The notes beneath the pieces were generated by a model. It saw only the letters and a program-made list of their open reading frames with translations, was not told where the DNA came from and searched no databases. Below, piece by piece: positions 10,022 to 21,874 of a stretch of 64,000 nucleotides of DNA; the stretch's first letter is position 1; each line of letters starts with the position of its first letter. The position numbers were made by a program, and so were the translations under genes. Location: the NCBI GenBank assembly GCA_965217625.1, contig OZ244557.1:208082-272081 (forward strand), given 5' to 3'. The DNA is from Dehalococcoidia bacterium (GTDB lineage Bacteria; Chloroflexota; Dehalococcoidia; Bin125).

Positions 10022-11854
10022 ATGCGCGCCTTGTTGACCCACCCGACCACCCGAACTACCCGGACCACCGTGGCCGTCGCCCGCTGGGGCGCCGTCCCGC
10101 TGCTGATCCTGCTGCTGACCCTCACCGCGGCGCTTGCGGCGGCGGCCTGCGGCGGCGGCGATGACGACGCCGACAGCACCGCCCGCGCGACCTCGGCCAC
10201 GCGCGAAGATCGCGACGCCGACGCCGCGGCGGGCGCCCAGGCGGACGACGGCGATGCCGACGCCCAGAGTCAGAGCGAGGACCAGGACCAGAGCCAGCCC
10301 CAGGCCCAGGCCGAGCCGCAGGAGCGCGCGACTCCGGCCAGCGCCGGCCCCGCCGGCAACGACCTGCGCCTCGCCTTCTCCTCGCCGCTCACCCTCGACC
10401 CGGCGCTCACCACCAGCGTCTCCTCGGCCCGCTTCGTGGTCGAGATCTTCGGCGGCCTGCTCAGCCTCAGCCCGGACTTGCAGCTGATCCCCGACCTCGC
10501 CGAGGCGCTGCCCGAGTTCACGCAGAACGACGACGGCACCGTCACCTACACCTTCAACCTGCGCCGCGACGCCCTCTTCCACAACGGCCGCCGCGTCCAG
10601 GCCGACGACGTCAAGTGGAGCATCGAGCGCCACGCCGCGCCCGAGACCTTCTCCCCCGTCGCGCCCGACTTCCTCAACGACATCATCGGCGCCGTCGACT
10701 ACATGCGCGGCCGCGCCGACGAGATCAGCGGCATCGAGGTGATCGACGACACCACCATCCAGATCACGATCGACTCGCCCAAGCCGTACTTCCTCTTCAA
10801 GCTCACCTACCCCACCGCCTTCGTCGTCGACCGCCAGCAGGTCGAGAACGACCCCCGCAACTGGGCCTCCAGCCCCAACGGCACCGGCCCCTTCGAGCTG
10901 GCCGAGTGGAACCTGGGCGAGGGGCTGATCCTCGAGCGCTGGGACCGCTACCACCTCGAGCCCGCGCTGGTCGACCGCGTGATCGTGCGCTTCGCCGGCG
11001 GCGGCCTCACCCAGTACGAGAACAACGAGGTCGATATCGCCGACATCGGCACCAACGACATCGAGCGCGCCCGCGACCCCAGCTCGGACCTCAACGCCGA
11101 GTTCGTCAGCCGCAACGAGCTGTCCGTCTTCTACATCGGCTTCAACACCCAGCAGCCGCCGTTCGACGACCGCGACGTGCGCCGCGCCCTGGCCATGGCG
11201 ATCGACAAGCAGACCATCGCCGAGGTCGTGCTGCAGTCCATCGCGCCCGTCGCGCACGGCATCATCCCGCCCGGGCTGGCCGCCTTCGACGAGAACTTCG
11301 GCGGCCTGCCCTTCGACCCCGAACGCGCCAAGGAGCTGCTCGACGCCTCCTCGTACGCCGGCACGCCCTTCCTCGACAACATCCGCATCACCGTCCCCGG
11401 CGCCGGCGCGACGCCCGGCAACGTCATCGTCGCCATCCAGGACATGTGGAGCACGAACCTGGGCCTGCAGGTCGAGATCCAGCAGGTCGAGGCGGCCAAC
11501 TTCTTCTCCGAACTCGACCAGGGGCTCTACCAGGCCTTCAGCCTGGGCTGGATCCTCGACTACCCGGACCCGGAGAACATCGTCGACCTGCTCTTCCACT
11601 CCGCCTCGCTGCAGAACAACCCCGCCTACCAGAGCGATGAACTGGACGCCCTCGTCGAGGAGGCGCGCGGCGAACTCGACGCCGACCGCCGCATCGAGCT
11701 CTACCGCGAGGCCGAGCGCGTGATCATCGAGGACGCGCCCTGGGCGCCGCTGTTCTTCGGCACCGCCAACCAGGTCATCAAGCCCTATGTGACCGGCTAC
11801 GTGCCGCCGCGCTCGATCATTCCGCACCTGCGCTACATCGGTCTCGAGCAGTAG
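10022..11854 (+). CDS. ABC transporter substrate-binding lipoprotein, family 5 (peptide/nickel/opine type)
   Basis: Lipoprotein signal with Cys (LLTLTAALAAAACGGG), followed by an acidic low-complexity linker and an SBP_bac_5-like body. Confidence 0.85.
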   Translation: MRALLTHPTTRTTRTTVAVARWGAVPLLILLLTLTAALAAAACGGGDDDADSTARATSATREDRDADAAAGAQADDGDADAQSQSEDQDQSQPQAQAEPQERATPASAGPAGNDLRLAFSSPLTLDPALTTSVSSARFVVEIFGGLLSLSPDLQLIPDLAEALPEFTQNDDGTVTYTFNLRRDALFHNGRRVQADDVKWSIERHAAPETFSPVAPDFLNDIIGAVDYMRGRADEISGIEVIDDTTIQITIDSPKPYFLFKLTYPTAFVVDRQQVENDPRNWASSPNGTGPFELAEWNLGEGLILERWDRYHLEPALVDRVIVRFAGGGLTQYENNEVDIADIGTNDIERARDPSSDLNAEFVSRNELSVFYIGFNTQQPPFDDRDVRRALAMAIDKQTIAEVVLQSIAPVAHGIIPPGLAAFDENFGGLPFDPERAKELLDASSYAGTPFLDNIRITVPGAGATPGNVIVAIQDMWSTNLGLQVEIQQVEAANFFSELDQGLYQAFSLGWILDYPDPENIVDLLFHSASLQNNPAYQSDELDALVEEARGELDADRRIELYREAERVIIEDAPWAPLFFGTANQVIKPYVTGYVPPRSIIPHLRYIGLEQ

Positions 11855-11922
11855 CGCCGCCGTCCGGCGGGCGCCCCGCGCGCCCGCCGGGCCCACCACG
11901 CGGCCGGGGGAGGGGACGGCGC

Positions 11923-12906
11923 ATGAGTTCCAGCCTCTGGGTCTTCATCGCCCGCCGCATCGCCATCGCCCCCATCACGCTCTTCGCAGTGCTGCTCGTC
12001 ACCTTCGCGCTGACGCAGGTCGCCCCCGGCGACCCCGTCCGCATCATCACCGGCCAGCGCACCCCCGACCCCGAGCGCGCCGAGCTGATCCGCGAGGAGT
12101 TCGGGCTCAACGGCTCCTTCGCGGAGCGCTTCGGCAACTACGTGGTGGGCTTCGTGCAGGGCGACCTGGGCCTCTCGTACTTCAACCGCAGCCCCCAGCG
12201 CACCGTCCAGGAGCTGCTGGGTGAGCGCATCTGGGTCTCCGCCCAGCTCGGCCTGATCTCCCTGGCGCTCACCTATCTCTTGGGCATCCCCATGGGCGTC
12301 TTCGCCGCCCTGCACCGCGGCGACTGGAAGGACCCCGGCCTGATCGGCGGGCTGATGGTGTTCAGCGCCATCCCCTCGCTCGTCTTCCTGCCGCTCTTCG
12401 CCTGGCTGCTGGTCTTCCAGCTCGACGCCGTCTTCCTCCTATTCGGCTTCGACATCCCCGCCGTCTGGGTGCCCGGCGACCCCGCCTCCTACCTGATCCC
12501 GGTGGTCGTGCTCACCCTGCCCGGCCTGGCGGGCATGGCCCGCTTCGTGCGCGTCAGCGTGCTCACCGTGATCGATGAGGACTACGTGCGCACCGCCCGC
12601 GCCAAGGGGCTGGGCCAGCGCGCCGTCGTCTACGGGCACGTGCTGCGCAACGCCCTGCTGCCGCTCTCGACCGTGATGGGGCTCAGCATCGTCGGCGTCG
12701 TCGGCGGCGCGATCATCGTCGAGACGCTCTACGGCGTGCCCGGCATCGGCGCCTTCATCTTCCAGTCGGTGCTGCAGCGCGATTTCAACGTCCTGCTCGG
12801 CTTCACGATGCTCGTCGCCACGCTGCTGATCGCCTCCAACCTCATCGTCGACATCTGCTACGTCTTCATCGACCCCCGCATCCGCTACACCCGGCGATCC
12901 GCATGA
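11923..12906 (+). CDS. ABC transporter permease (DppB/OppB-like)
   Basis: Six-TM BPD_transp_1 permease. It begins MSSSLWVFIARRIAIAPITLFAVLLVTFALTQVAPGDP, typical of DppB. Confidence 0.85.
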   Translation: MSSSLWVFIARRIAIAPITLFAVLLVTFALTQVAPGDPVRIITGQRTPDPERAELIREEFGLNGSFAERFGNYVVGFVQGDLGLSYFNRSPQRTVQELLGERIWVSAQLGLISLALTYLLGIPMGVFAALHRGDWKDPGLIGGLMVFSAIPSLVFLPLFAWLLVFQLDAVFLLFGFDIPAVWVPGDPASYLIPVVVLTLPGLAGMARFVRVSVLTVIDEDYVRTARAKGLGQRAVVYGHVLRNALLPLSTVMGLSIVGVVGGAIIVETLYGVPGIGAFIFQSVLQRDFNVLLGFTMLVATLLIASNLIVDICYVFIDPRIRYTRRSA

Positions 12907-14078
12907 GCGCCCGCGAGACGACCTCCCGCTCGCGCCGCAGCGGCGCCCAGGCCGGCCTCGACCGCGTCCGCTCCGAGTCGCCCTGGCGTCGCGCCCTGCG
13001 CTCGCTGTTCAAGAAGCGCGTCGCCGTCGTCGCGCTGCTGGCCATCGTCGTCATCTATGGCGCCGGCACCTACACCTTCCTCGACGCCTTCGGCGCCCCC
13101 ACCGGGCTCCAGGATCCCACCAAGACCAACCTCACCCTGCGACGCCCCATCCGCGAGGGCGAACTGCTGGGCGACTTCGTCGCCCGCTACGGCGTCTCCG
13201 TCGAGACCGCCGCCCGGCTCAACCCCGAGCTCGCCGACGAGGCCGGCCCCTTCACCGAGGCCACGCTCCTGCCCGACGGCACCCAGATCGTCCTCCAGCT
13301 CGACGCCGCCCTCCAGCCCCCCTCCGCCGAGCATTGGTTCGGCACCGATCGCACCGGCCGCGACCTGTTCAGTCAGGCCCTCTTCTCGGCCCGCACCACG
13401 ATCGTCATGACGATCATCGTCTTCCTGCTCGGCAGCCTCTTCATGGGCCTCGGCCTGGGCCTGCTGGCCGGCTACGCCGGCGGCTGGATCGACCAGCTGA
13501 TCATGCGCATCGGCGACGTCATCCTGGGCATCCCCGGCCTGCTCGTGCTGATCGTCGTCAGCTCCGCCTTCCGCGAGCGCTGGACGGAGGCCTTCACCGA
13601 CATCGACACCTTCTTCGGCGGCAGCTTCTTCATCGAGCAGGGCGTCGACCACATCACCTTGCTCGTCGTCGCGCTTACCTTCTTCGGCTGGGTCGACACC
13701 GCCCGCTTCGTCCGCGCCCAGACGCTCTCCCTGCGTGAGGCCGACTTCATCCTCGCCGCCGAGTCCATCGGCGCGCGCACGCCGCGCATCCTCGTGCGTC
13801 ACCTCTTCCCGGGCATCCTGCCCTGGATCATCGTGGGGCTCTCCGCGACCTTCGCCGGCGTGGCCGGCGCCGAGGTCGTGCTGACCTTCCTCGGCATCGG
13901 CATCCAGCCGCCGACGGCCTCCTTCGGTGCGATGATCGCCGACGCCGGCGGCATCCGCACCTTCAGCCTGCACCCCCACCTCTTGCTCGTGCCCGGCGTC
14001 ACCGTCGCCGTGATCATCTTCTCCTTCAACCTGCTCGGCGACGCCGTCAACGACGTCGTCAACCCCCGCGGCCGCTGA
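12903..14078 (+). CDS. ABC transporter permease (DppC/OppC-like) with a LysM-like segment in its N-terminal periplasmic region
   Basis: OppC-like membrane core. Residues near 75-125 (REGELLGDFVARYGVSVETAARLNPEL...LLPDGTQIVL) resemble a LysM motif. Start overlaps the previous permease's stop. Confidence 0.8.
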   Translation: MSARETTSRSRRSGAQAGLDRVRSESPWRRALRSLFKKRVAVVALLAIVVIYGAGTYTFLDAFGAPTGLQDPTKTNLTLRRPIREGELLGDFVARYGVSVETAARLNPELADEAGPFTEATLLPDGTQIVLQLDAALQPPSAEHWFGTDRTGRDLFSQALFSARTTIVMTIIVFLLGSLFMGLGLGLLAGYAGGWIDQLIMRIGDVILGIPGLLVLIVVSSAFRERWTEAFTDIDTFFGGSFFIEQGVDHITLLVVALTFFGWVDTARFVRAQTLSLREADFILAAESIGARTPRILVRHLFPGILPWIIVGLSATFAGVAGAEVVLTFLGIGIQPPTASFGAMIADAGGIRTFSLHPHLLLVPGVTVAVIIFSFNLLGDAVNDVVNPRGR

Positions 14079-14238
14079 GGCACCCGTGGTCTCTGACGTT
14101 CGGCCTACGCACGCCGCCCTGGGCCGGGCCCGAGCCCTTGATATACTGACCCGCACTGCTCGCCACTGAAGCTCGAACAACGCCAGCCGAACAACGCCCG
14201 CCGAACGAAGCAAGCCAACAACACATGTCTCACGCCGC

Positions 14239-15681
14239 ATGAAAGTCACCAGCGAACGCATCCCCGAGTCCCAGATCGTCCTCGAGATCGAGCTCGACGA
14301 TGAGCGCGTGACCAAGTCGCTCAATCAGGCCGCGCGGCGGCTGGCGCAGCGCTACCGCATCCCCGGCTTCCGCAAGGGCAAGGCCCCCCGCGTCGTCATC
14401 GAGCAGACGCTCGGCGCCGACGCCGTCTTCGAAGAGGCCATCGACCGCATGATCCCCGAGGCCTACGAGTGGGCCGTCAAGGACCAGGGCATCGCGCCCA
14501 TCGGCCCGCCCGAGGTCGAATCCATCGACCGCGACCCCGTCCGCATCCGCGCGCGGGTGCCCATGCCCCCCGAGATCGACCTCGGCCCCTACCGGGAGAT
14601 CGCGCTGGTCGAGGAGCCCGTCAGCGTCACCGAGGAGGACGTCGAGAACGCCATCCTCGAAGTGCGCCGCCAGCACGCCATCATCGAGCCCGTCGACCGC
14701 CCCGCCGAACTCAACGACCGCATCAAGGCCGACATTCACGCCACGATCGACGGGCAGCAGGTCCTCGACCAGAGCGACGCCGAGTTCCACCTGCGCGAGG
14801 GCATGGTGATCGGCATCCCCGGCGTCGTCGATGAGATGGTCGGCCTGCCCGTCGGCGAGCACCGCTTTAGCGTGGACGCCGCCGACGACTGGGACGACGA
14901 GGACGTCGCCGGCCGCACCACCGTCTTCACCGTCAATATCAAGGAGATCAAGCAGGAGATCCTGCCCGACGCCGACGACGCCCTCGCCAGCGAGGCGGGC
15001 GACTTCGAGACCTTCGCCGGCCTGCGCTACCGCCTGGAGGAAGATCTGCGCAACGGCGCGGAAAAGCGCACGCGCGCGGCGCACCACGCCGCGCTGATGG
15101 AGGCCGTCATCGGCGGCGCCTCCATCGAGTTCCCACCCCTGCTCGTCCAGCACCAGATGAATCTCATGCTGCAGGAGATCGCCCAGAGCACCGGCCAGGA
15201 TCCGCAGGAGTTTCTGCGCGCCCAGGACGAGCGCGCCCAGCAGATGCGCGAGCACCTGCGCGACGAGGCCGGCGATCGCGTGCGCAGCAGCCTCGTCCTG
15301 GAGCACCTTGCCGAGGCCGAGTCGATCGAGGTCACCGACGCCGACGTCGACGCCGAGATCGCCCGCGTCGCCGGCGACGGCCCCCAGGCCGAGCAGGTCC
15401 GCGAGATGCTCGACACCCCCGACGGCCGCGCCGTGATGCGCCGCAATCTGACCAACACCCGCCTCATGGACCGCCTCAGCGAGATCGCGCGCGACAACGT
15501 CGTCGCCCCGGAGGCGGACGCCGAAGACGCCGAAGCCACCGAGGACGTTGCAGCCGCCGACGAGGTTGAAGCCGCGGAATCGGCCGAAGCCACCGAAGAG
15601 GCCGACGCCGCCGAATCCACCGAAGACCCCGCCTCTGCGACGCAGGCCGCAGAAGCGCCCACTAGCGCCAGCGCCGAGTAA
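14239..15681 (+). CDS. tig: Trigger factor, with an acidic Ala/Glu-rich C-terminal tail
   Basis: MKVTSERIPESQIVLEIELDDERV...GFRKGKAP is a canonical trigger factor N-terminus. Length is 480 aa. Confidence 0.95.
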   Translation: MKVTSERIPESQIVLEIELDDERVTKSLNQAARRLAQRYRIPGFRKGKAPRVVIEQTLGADAVFEEAIDRMIPEAYEWAVKDQGIAPIGPPEVESIDRDPVRIRARVPMPPEIDLGPYREIALVEEPVSVTEEDVENAILEVRRQHAIIEPVDRPAELNDRIKADIHATIDGQQVLDQSDAEFHLREGMVIGIPGVVDEMVGLPVGEHRFSVDAADDWDDEDVAGRTTVFTVNIKEIKQEILPDADDALASEAGDFETFAGLRYRLEEDLRNGAEKRTRAAHHAALMEAVIGGASIEFPPLLVQHQMNLMLQEIAQSTGQDPQEFLRAQDERAQQMREHLRDEAGDRVRSSLVLEHLAEAESIEVTDADVDAEIARVAGDGPQAEQVREMLDTPDGRAVMRRNLTNTRLMDRLSEIARDNVVAPEADAEDAEATEDVAAADEVEAAESAEATEEADAAESTEDPASATQAAEAPTSASAE

Positions 15682-15698
15682 GCTGACCGGTGCGCGTT

Positions 15699-15720
15699 GC
15701 CCGGGCGTTTCCGCCCGGCT
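15699..15720 (+). terminator. GC hairpin downstream of tig (CCGGGCG-tttc-CGCCCGG), a possible intrinsic terminator or attenuator
   Basis: Perfect 7-bp inverted repeat 15701-15718. No strong T tract. Confidence 0.3.
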
Positions 15721-15799
15721 GGCGCCGCCCGGTAGGCTCTGTCCGATAAGCTGAAGACACCCCGCCGCCCCGCAGCGTGGCCGGCGGCAAGGAGGCCCG

Positions 15800-16435
15800 A
15801 TGTCCCTGGTTAACCCCGCCGCGATCGTCCCCATGGTCGTCGAGACCACCAACCGCGGCGAACGCGCCTACGACATCTACTCGCTGCTGCTGCGCGAGCG
15901 GATCATCTTCCTCGGCACCCCCATCGACGACCAGGTCGCCAACGTCATCGTCGCGCAACTGCTCTACCTCGACCGCGAGGACGCCGATCGCGACATCCAG
16001 CTGTACATCCACTCCCCCGGCGGCTCGATCACCGCCGGCCTCGCCATTTACGACACCATTCAGATCATCTCCGCCAACGTGTCCACCATCTGCGTGGGCA
16101 TGGCGGCCTCGTTCGGCACGGTCGTGCTGTCGTCCGGGGCGCCCGGCAAGCGCTACGCCCTGCCCAACGCCACGGTGCACATGCACCAGGCCCTGGGCGG
16201 CGCCCGCGGGCAGGCCTCCGACATCGAGATCGCGGCCCGCGAGATCCTGCGCGAGAACGAGATCATCCGCAACATCCTGGCCAAGCACACCGGCCAGCCG
16301 CTCGACATCATCAAGCGGGACACCGACCGCGACTTCTATCTGGATGCCGAGCAGGCCAAGGAGTACGGCCTGATCGACGAGATCCTCGGCGGGCCCGCGG
16401 CCGAAGCGGCCGCCGCCGCCGCCGCCGCCTCCTGA
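15800..16435 (+). CDS. clpP: ATP-dependent Clp protease proteolytic subunit
   Basis: Ser-His-Asp protease family sequence ([14 protein letters not shown]...HMHQALGG). It has a poly-Ala C-terminal tail. Confidence 0.95.
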   Translation: MSLVNPAAIVPMVVETTNRGERAYDIYSLLLRERIIFLGTPIDDQVANVIVAQLLYLDREDADRDIQLYIHSPGGSITAGLAIYDTIQIISANVSTICVGMAASFGTVVLSSGAPGKRYALPNATVHMHQALGGARGQASDIEIAAREILRENEIIRNILAKHTGQPLDIIKRDTDRDFYLDAEQAKEYGLIDEILGGPAAEAAAAAAAAS

Positions 16436-16520
16436 GCGGCCGCAATCCACGCGGCGGGCCCCCGCCCCCGCCGCCCCCGCCGGCCGAGACAGGCCGGCGG
16501 CGACACGGGAGGAGCGCGCA

Positions 16521-17879
<1,359 letters not shown>

Positions 17880-17914
17880 CCCCCCGCCGCTCGCGCACCC
17901 GCTAGCCTGTTCCC

Positions 17915-18664
17915 GTGCCGCCCGGGCAACAACCGCTCGACCAACTGCTCGTCGCGCGCGGCCTCGCCGCCGACCGCGTGCAGGCCCGCGCCCTGATCAT
18001 GGCCGGCCGCGTCAGCGGTCGCGACCGCCGCTACACCAAGCCCGGCCTGCGCCTCCCGCCCGCCACCGACCTGCGCGTGCGCGCCGCCGCCCCCTACGTC
18101 TCGCGCGGCGGGGAGAAGCTCGCCGCCGCCCTCGACGCTTGGCCGATCGATGTCGCCGGCCGCGTCTGCCTCGACGTCGGGGCGAGCGCCGGCGGCTTCA
18201 GCGACTGCCTGCGCCGGCGCGGCGCGGCCCGCGTCTACGCCGTCGACGTCGGATACGGCCAACTCGCCGCCCCTCTCCGCGGCGACCCCGGCATCGTCGT
18301 CATGGAGCGCACCCACGTCCGCGACCTCCCGCCCCTCGACCCGGCCCCCAGCCTGATCGCCGTCGACGTCTCCTTTATCTCCGCCCGCGCCGCGCTGGCA
18401 GCCGCCGCCGATCGCGCCGCGCCCGGCGCCCACGCCGTCGTGCTCGTCAAGCCGCAGTTCGAGCTGCCCCGCGACGACGTCGACGAGCGCGGCGTCGTCG
18501 GCGACCCCGCCCGGCACGCCGCCGCCGTCGGCCTGCTGCTGGCCTGGGCCCGCGAGCGCGGCTGGCGTCGCGGCGGCGTCGTCGCATCGCCGCTGCGCGG
18601 CCCGGCCGGCAATCGCGAGTTTCTCTGCTGGCTGCGCGCGCCCCGTCGGGAGGGCGCGCCATGA
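17915..18664 (+). CDS. tlyA: TlyA-family rRNA (cytidine-2'-O)-methyltransferase/hemolysin-like protein
   Basis: S4-like N-terminus plus an FtsJ-like methyltransferase ([14 protein letters not shown]). Confidence 0.85.
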   Translation: MPPGQQPLDQLLVARGLAADRVQARALIMAGRVSGRDRRYTKPGLRLPPATDLRVRAAAPYVSRGGEKLAAALDAWPIDVAGRVCLDVGASAGGFSDCLRRRGAARVYAVDVGYGQLAAPLRGDPGIVVMERTHVRDLPPLDPAPSLIAVDVSFISARAALAAAADRAAPGAHAVVLVKPQFELPRDDVDERGVVGDPARHAAAVGLLLAWARERGWRRGGVVASPLRGPAGNREFLCWLRAPRREGAP

Positions 18665-19593
18665 CCGACGCCAAACCCCCGGCCGGGTCGGGCCCCGAAC
18701 TGCGCAAGGTGGGCATCTACCACCACCCCCAGCTCGACGCCGCGCGCGACTTCGCCGTCGAGTTGCGCGACCGCTTCCGCCCCCACGTCGCCGACGTCTG
18801 GCTCTCCTCCGCCTGGGACCCCGAGGGCTCCACCCGCGACCTGCCCGGCACCGACCTGCTGATCAGCGTCGGCGGCGACGGCACGGTGCTGCGCGCCGCC
18901 CGCGCCGTCGTGCCCAACCCCACGCGCATCCTCGGCGTCGATATGGGCCGCCTCGCCTTCCTCACCGAGGTCACGCCCCAGGGCCTGCGCGACCGCTTCG
19001 ACGCCCTGCTCGCCGGCGCCTACCGCGTCGAGGAGCGCACCATGCTCGACGTCACGTTCCACAACGCCCCCGAGGCCGAGGCCAACGCCCCGCGCCACGC
19101 CCTCAACGACGTCATCCTGGGGCGCACCGGGCTGGGCCGGCCCGTCTACCTCAACGTCGAGGTGAACGGCGCGCTGATCGGCGTCATCCGCGCCGACGCC
19201 GTCGTCGTCGCCACCGCCACGGGCAGCACCGGCTACTCGCTCTCCGCCGGCGGCCCCATCCTCGACCCTGCGGCCACCAGCATCGTCGTCACGCCCGTCG
19301 CGCCCCACCTCGCCGCCGCCGCGCCGCTCGTCGTGCCGCACGACTCCGTCGTCGTGCTCAGCCCCGGCGCGGGCGGGGGCGTCGCGTTCAGCGTCGATGG
19401 CCAGGGCCAGTTCGACGCCCAGCCCGGCAGCCGCGTGGAGGTCCGCCGCAGCCGCCACGTCGCCCGCCTCATCCGCTTCGACGAGCAGCCCTTCTTCGCC
19501 CAGCTGGGCCGTCGCCTGACCTGGCTCGACGAGCGGCGGCTCGCCGGCGTCGCCGACCCGGGGTCCGGCGGCGGCGCCCCGTCGCAGCGATAA
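18661..19593 (+). CDS. nadK: NAD kinase
   Basis: GGDGT motif ([16 protein letters not shown]) and NAD-kinase C-terminal domain. The ATG at 18661 overlaps the tlyA stop (ATGA). Confidence 0.85.
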   Translation: MTDAKPPAGSGPELRKVGIYHHPQLDAARDFAVELRDRFRPHVADVWLSSAWDPEGSTRDLPGTDLLISVGGDGTVLRAARAVVPNPTRILGVDMGRLAFLTEVTPQGLRDRFDALLAGAYRVEERTMLDVTFHNAPEAEANAPRHALNDVILGRTGLGRPVYLNVEVNGALIGVIRADAVVVATATGSTGYSLSAGGPILDPAATSIVVTPVAPHLAAAAPLVVPHDSVVVLSPGAGGGVAFSVDGQGQFDAQPGSRVEVRRSRHVARLIRFDEQPFFAQLGRRLTWLDERRLAGVADPGSGGGAPSQR

Positions 19594-19723
19594 CCCAGTC
19601 ATCATCGCGATTTCACGGTCGACCGCTACGACTGAGCCCCCCGCTGCGGTACGATAGAGGTTCCCTCCCGCCCGGCGTCCCGGAGCCAAGTTGGCGCCGG
19701 CGTCGTATTCTGATCGAGGGAGC

Positions 19724-20299
19724 ATGACGACGACGCAGCCGCCACCCCTGCCCCGCGGCCCCGACGCCCCGCCCCCGCCCGCCCTCCGGGTCGAGCCCGC
19801 GCGCCTCGCAGACGCCCCCGCCATCCAGCGCCTCATCCAGTACTGGGCCGACGAGACCGGCGACGTGCTGCCCCGCAGCGAGGGCGAGATCTACGGCACC
19901 CTGCGCGACTTCGTCGTCGTCCGCGACGGCGACCGCGTCGTGGCGGCCGGCGCGCTGCACATCGAGTGGAAGGACCTGGCCGAGGTCAAGTCGCTCGTCG
20001 TCGGCCCGGGGCAGCAGGGCCGCGGCCTCGGCCGCATCGTCGTCGAGGCGCTGCTGCAGGAGGCGCGCGGCCTGGGCCTGCGCACGGTCTTCGCCCTCAC
20101 CACCACGCCCGCCTTCTTCGAGCGCGTCGGCTTCCGGCAGGCCGCCGTCACGTCGTTCCCGCGCAAGGTCTGGAACGAGTGCTTCCGCTGCCCCAAGTAC
20201 GCCAACTGCGACGAGGTCGCGCTCTCCATCGACCTGGGCCCGCTGGCCACCGCGCCGGTCACCGCGCCGGCCACCACGACGGAGCGGGCCCCCGCGTGA
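19724..20299 (+). CDS. GNAT-family N-acetyltransferase (ArgA C-terminal-like / amino-acid N-acetyltransferase-like)
   Basis: Acetyl-CoA binding motif VGPGQQGRGLGRIVVEAL. Overall similarity to the N-acetylglutamate synthase GNAT domain. Confidence 0.7.
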   Translation: MTTTQPPPLPRGPDAPPPPALRVEPARLADAPAIQRLIQYWADETGDVLPRSEGEIYGTLRDFVVVRDGDRVVAAGALHIEWKDLAEVKSLVVGPGQQGRGLGRIVVEALLQEARGLGLRTVFALTTTPAFFERVGFRQAAVTSFPRKVWNECFRCPKYANCDEVALSIDLGPLATAPVTAPATTTERAPA

Positions 20300-20898
20300 G
20301 CGACCCGCTCCCGTCCGGCTTCGCCCCTCTCCACGAGGAGACCATCGCCAGCGAGCGCCTCTACGAGGGCCGCATCCTCAGCGTGCGCCGCGACACCCAG
20401 CGCCTCGCCGACGGCCGCCACGCCACCCGCGAGGTCGTCGAGCACGCCGCGGCCGTGGTCATCCTGGCCTTCGACGACGAGGGCCGCATCGCCTTCGTGC
20501 GGCAGTGGCGCTCCCCCGCCGGGGGGCCGCTGCTGGAGTTGCCCGCCGGCGGCGTCGAGCCGGGCGAGGCCCCCGAGGTCTGCGCCGCCCGCGAACTCCA
20601 GGAGGAGGCCGGGCTCAAGCCGGGCTCGCTCGAGCCGCTGCCGCGCTTCTACGTCGCGCCCGGCTGGGCCACCGAGTACCTGCACGGCTTCCTCGCCCGC
20701 GACTGCACGCCGTCGCGCCTGCCCGCCGACGCCGACGAACGCCTGCTCGTCGAGTACTACACCCTGGGCGAGGCCATGGACCTCGTCGCCGCCGGCGAGA
20801 TCGAGGACGCCAAGAGCATCGTCTGCCTGCAGGCCGTCGCGCTGCGGGCCGTCGGCGCCCTGGGCGTGAAGGTCATCCGCTTCTACGCGGGGGAGTAG
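20296..20898 (+). CDS. NUDIX hydrolase (ADP-ribose pyrophosphatase-like)
   Basis: Nudix box GGVEPGEAPEVCAARELQEEAGL. The GTG start overlaps the GNAT stop (GTGA). Confidence 0.8.
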   Translation: MSDPLPSGFAPLHEETIASERLYEGRILSVRRDTQRLADGRHATREVVEHAAAVVILAFDDEGRIAFVRQWRSPAGGPLLELPAGGVEPGEAPEVCAARELQEEAGLKPGSLEPLPRFYVAPGWATEYLHGFLARDCTPSRLPADADERLLVEYYTLGEAMDLVAAGEIEDAKSIVCLQAVALRAVGALGVKVIRFYAGE

Positions 20899-20935
20899 CG
20901 GTCGGCGGTCGCCGACCGCAAGGTATGATCGACGC

Positions 20936-21295
20936 ATGACCACACGCGCGAACTCCCACACGGATACTGCGAGCGAGTTCCTAACCAAGGCCCGCGCCCA
21001 CCTCGCCGAGGGAGATCTGCTGCAGGCCTCGGAGAAGGGATGGGGCGCAGCCTCGCAACTGGTCAAGGCCGTTGCTGAAACGCGCGGCTGGCGGCACTCC
21101 ACCCACGGCGACCTGTACCGCACGGTCGACCGCTTGGCGGACGAATTGCCCGGCCAGCGGCTGCGGCTTCTCTTCCGCTCGGCCAGCGCGTTGCACCAGA
21201 ACTTCTACGAGGGCGACATGCCCGAGAAGACCGTCGCCGACGGACTCGACGATATGGACGAGATCGTCGGCCGGCTGCAGGCGGTCATCGACTGA
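20936..21295 (+). CDS. HEPN-like / PaREP1-family small helical protein
   Basis: AEGDLLQASEKGWGAASQLVKAVAETRGWRHSTHG resembles the PaREP1 (HEPN-superfamily) signature. It sits inside a 29-bp direct-repeat-flanked cassette. Confidence 0.4.
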   Translation: MTTRANSHTDTASEFLTKARAHLAEGDLLQASEKGWGAASQLVKAVAETRGWRHSTHGDLYRTVDRLADELPGQRLRLLFRSASALHQNFYEGDMPEKTVADGLDDMDEIVGRLQAVID

Positions 21296-21437
21296 GCCGT
21301 CTTCGGGGCTCCGGTCCGCGTTCGGCCGTCGCGCTGCGGGCCGTCGGCGCCCCGCGCCACCACACCGTCTTGCTTGGCGCGGCTCGGCAGATCGTGAGTA
21401 TCGCCGGGTGGCGATAGGCGAGAGTGAGTGTCGGCTG

Positions 21438-21752
21438 ATGAAGTATCCGGCAATCATCGATGGTGAGAGGGGCGCCTACGGCGTCGTCATCCCCGACATG
21501 CCCGGAGCTTGCTGCGCGATGGGCAGCACAGTGGATGAGGCCCTGGCCGACGCAGAAGCGATGTTCCCCGAGTATGTCGCGGTGCTGGAGGAGAAGGGAG
21601 TGGCGATCCCTCCGCCCAGCGCCATGGCGGACATCGAGCTGGCAGCCGGCGAAATGCTGGCCTACGTGACACTGAAGATCCCCGCCCCCACGGCAGCTCC
21701 CTTCCGGTCCCCCCTCTCCATCGCTTCAGATGGAGAGGGGGTTAGGGGGTGA
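21438..21752 (+). CDS. HicB-family antitoxin-like protein (UPF0150/HicB_lk_antitox)
   Basis: MKYPAIIDGERGAYGVVIPDMPGACCAMGSTVDEALADAEAMFPEYV matches the HicB N-terminal signature (KYPAxIxxxxxGYxVxFPDLPGCxTxGxTxEEAL). Confidence 0.6.
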   Translation: MKYPAIIDGERGAYGVVIPDMPGACCAMGSTVDEALADAEAMFPEYVAVLEEKGVAIPPPSAMADIELAAGEMLAYVTLKIPAPTAAPFRSPLSIASDGEGVRG

Positions 21753-21874
21753 GGTTCCCCCCACGATCGCCCCCAGATAGCCAGCAAATTGAACGCCCCA
21801 GAGCCCCGGTGTACGATCGCCCCTGCCCACGCCCGGCCCGCCGCGGTCGGGCCCTTGCGACGGGAGAGGTCTGA

